Source: Somniosus microcephalus (taxonomy: Eukaryota). From it: 64,000 nt of DNA. The position numbers and the translations under genes are program-made. Numbering within the stretch: the first letter of the stretch is position 1; each line of letters starts with the position of its first letter. Positions 63,923-64,000 of the stretch are shown here, piece after piece. Under the pieces are notes generated by a model. The model was given only the letters and a program-made list of their open reading frames with translations, had not been told where the DNA came from and made no database searches. The stretch covers positions 201,748,001 to 201,812,000 of the forward strand of contig CM126207.1 of NCBI GenBank assembly GCA_052327205.1, in the 5' to 3' direction.

Positions 63923-64000
63923 AATGTCTCTGAACTGTGGGCAATGGTGAAGCAGATGACTGATGTCTTGCTGGTACCCGCCACCAATACACTGAAGAGC
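63923..64000 (+). CDS. NUP93: Nucleoporin 93 coding exon (human exon 8 equivalent), runs off the window end
   Basis: ttatag|NVSELWAMVKQMTDVLLVPATNTLKS... Confidence 0.95.

Noticed and set aside
1-64000. CRISPR arrays, tRNA/rRNA genes, operons or prokaryotic systems
   Set aside because: The DNA is vertebrate intron/exon sequence. tRNA-like segments are SINE heads, and no regularly spaced repeat-spacer array is present.

Overview
This is eukaryotic, repeat-rich vertebrate DNA. The SINE/LINE repertoire (HE1-like and SacSINE1/DeuSINE-like SINEs, HER1-like CR1) points to a cartilaginous fish (shark); this is an inference. The only host gene I can support is NUP93 on the + strand: five phase-0 coding exons matching human exons 4-8 (49761-49823, 60713-60841, 61907-61981, 62727-62819, 63923->64000). 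Positions 1-49760 are therefore most likely the giant intron 3. The introns hold CR1-clade and L2 LINEs, four to five SINE families, a young Neptune-type Penelope element with inverted pLTRs and minimal hammerhead ribozymes, Tigger-like MITEs, hAT and Harbinger elements, a non-autonomous Helitron and a solo LTR. The most notable unexplained structures are: (1) a perfect 75-bp inverted repeat 1 kb apart that fuses into a SINE 5' end; (2) an antisense CR1 that ends about 18 nt from the exon-5 acceptor and can pair with a neighbouring sense CR1; (3) a candidate 203-nt poison exon with a downstream strand-specific RNA hairpin; (4) a candidate internal first exon for an N-terminally truncated NUP93; and (5) a dispersed hammerhead-bearing short repeat traceable to the Penelope 3' region. 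Repeat family names come from remembered consensus sequences, not searches, and most repeat boundaries are approximate.
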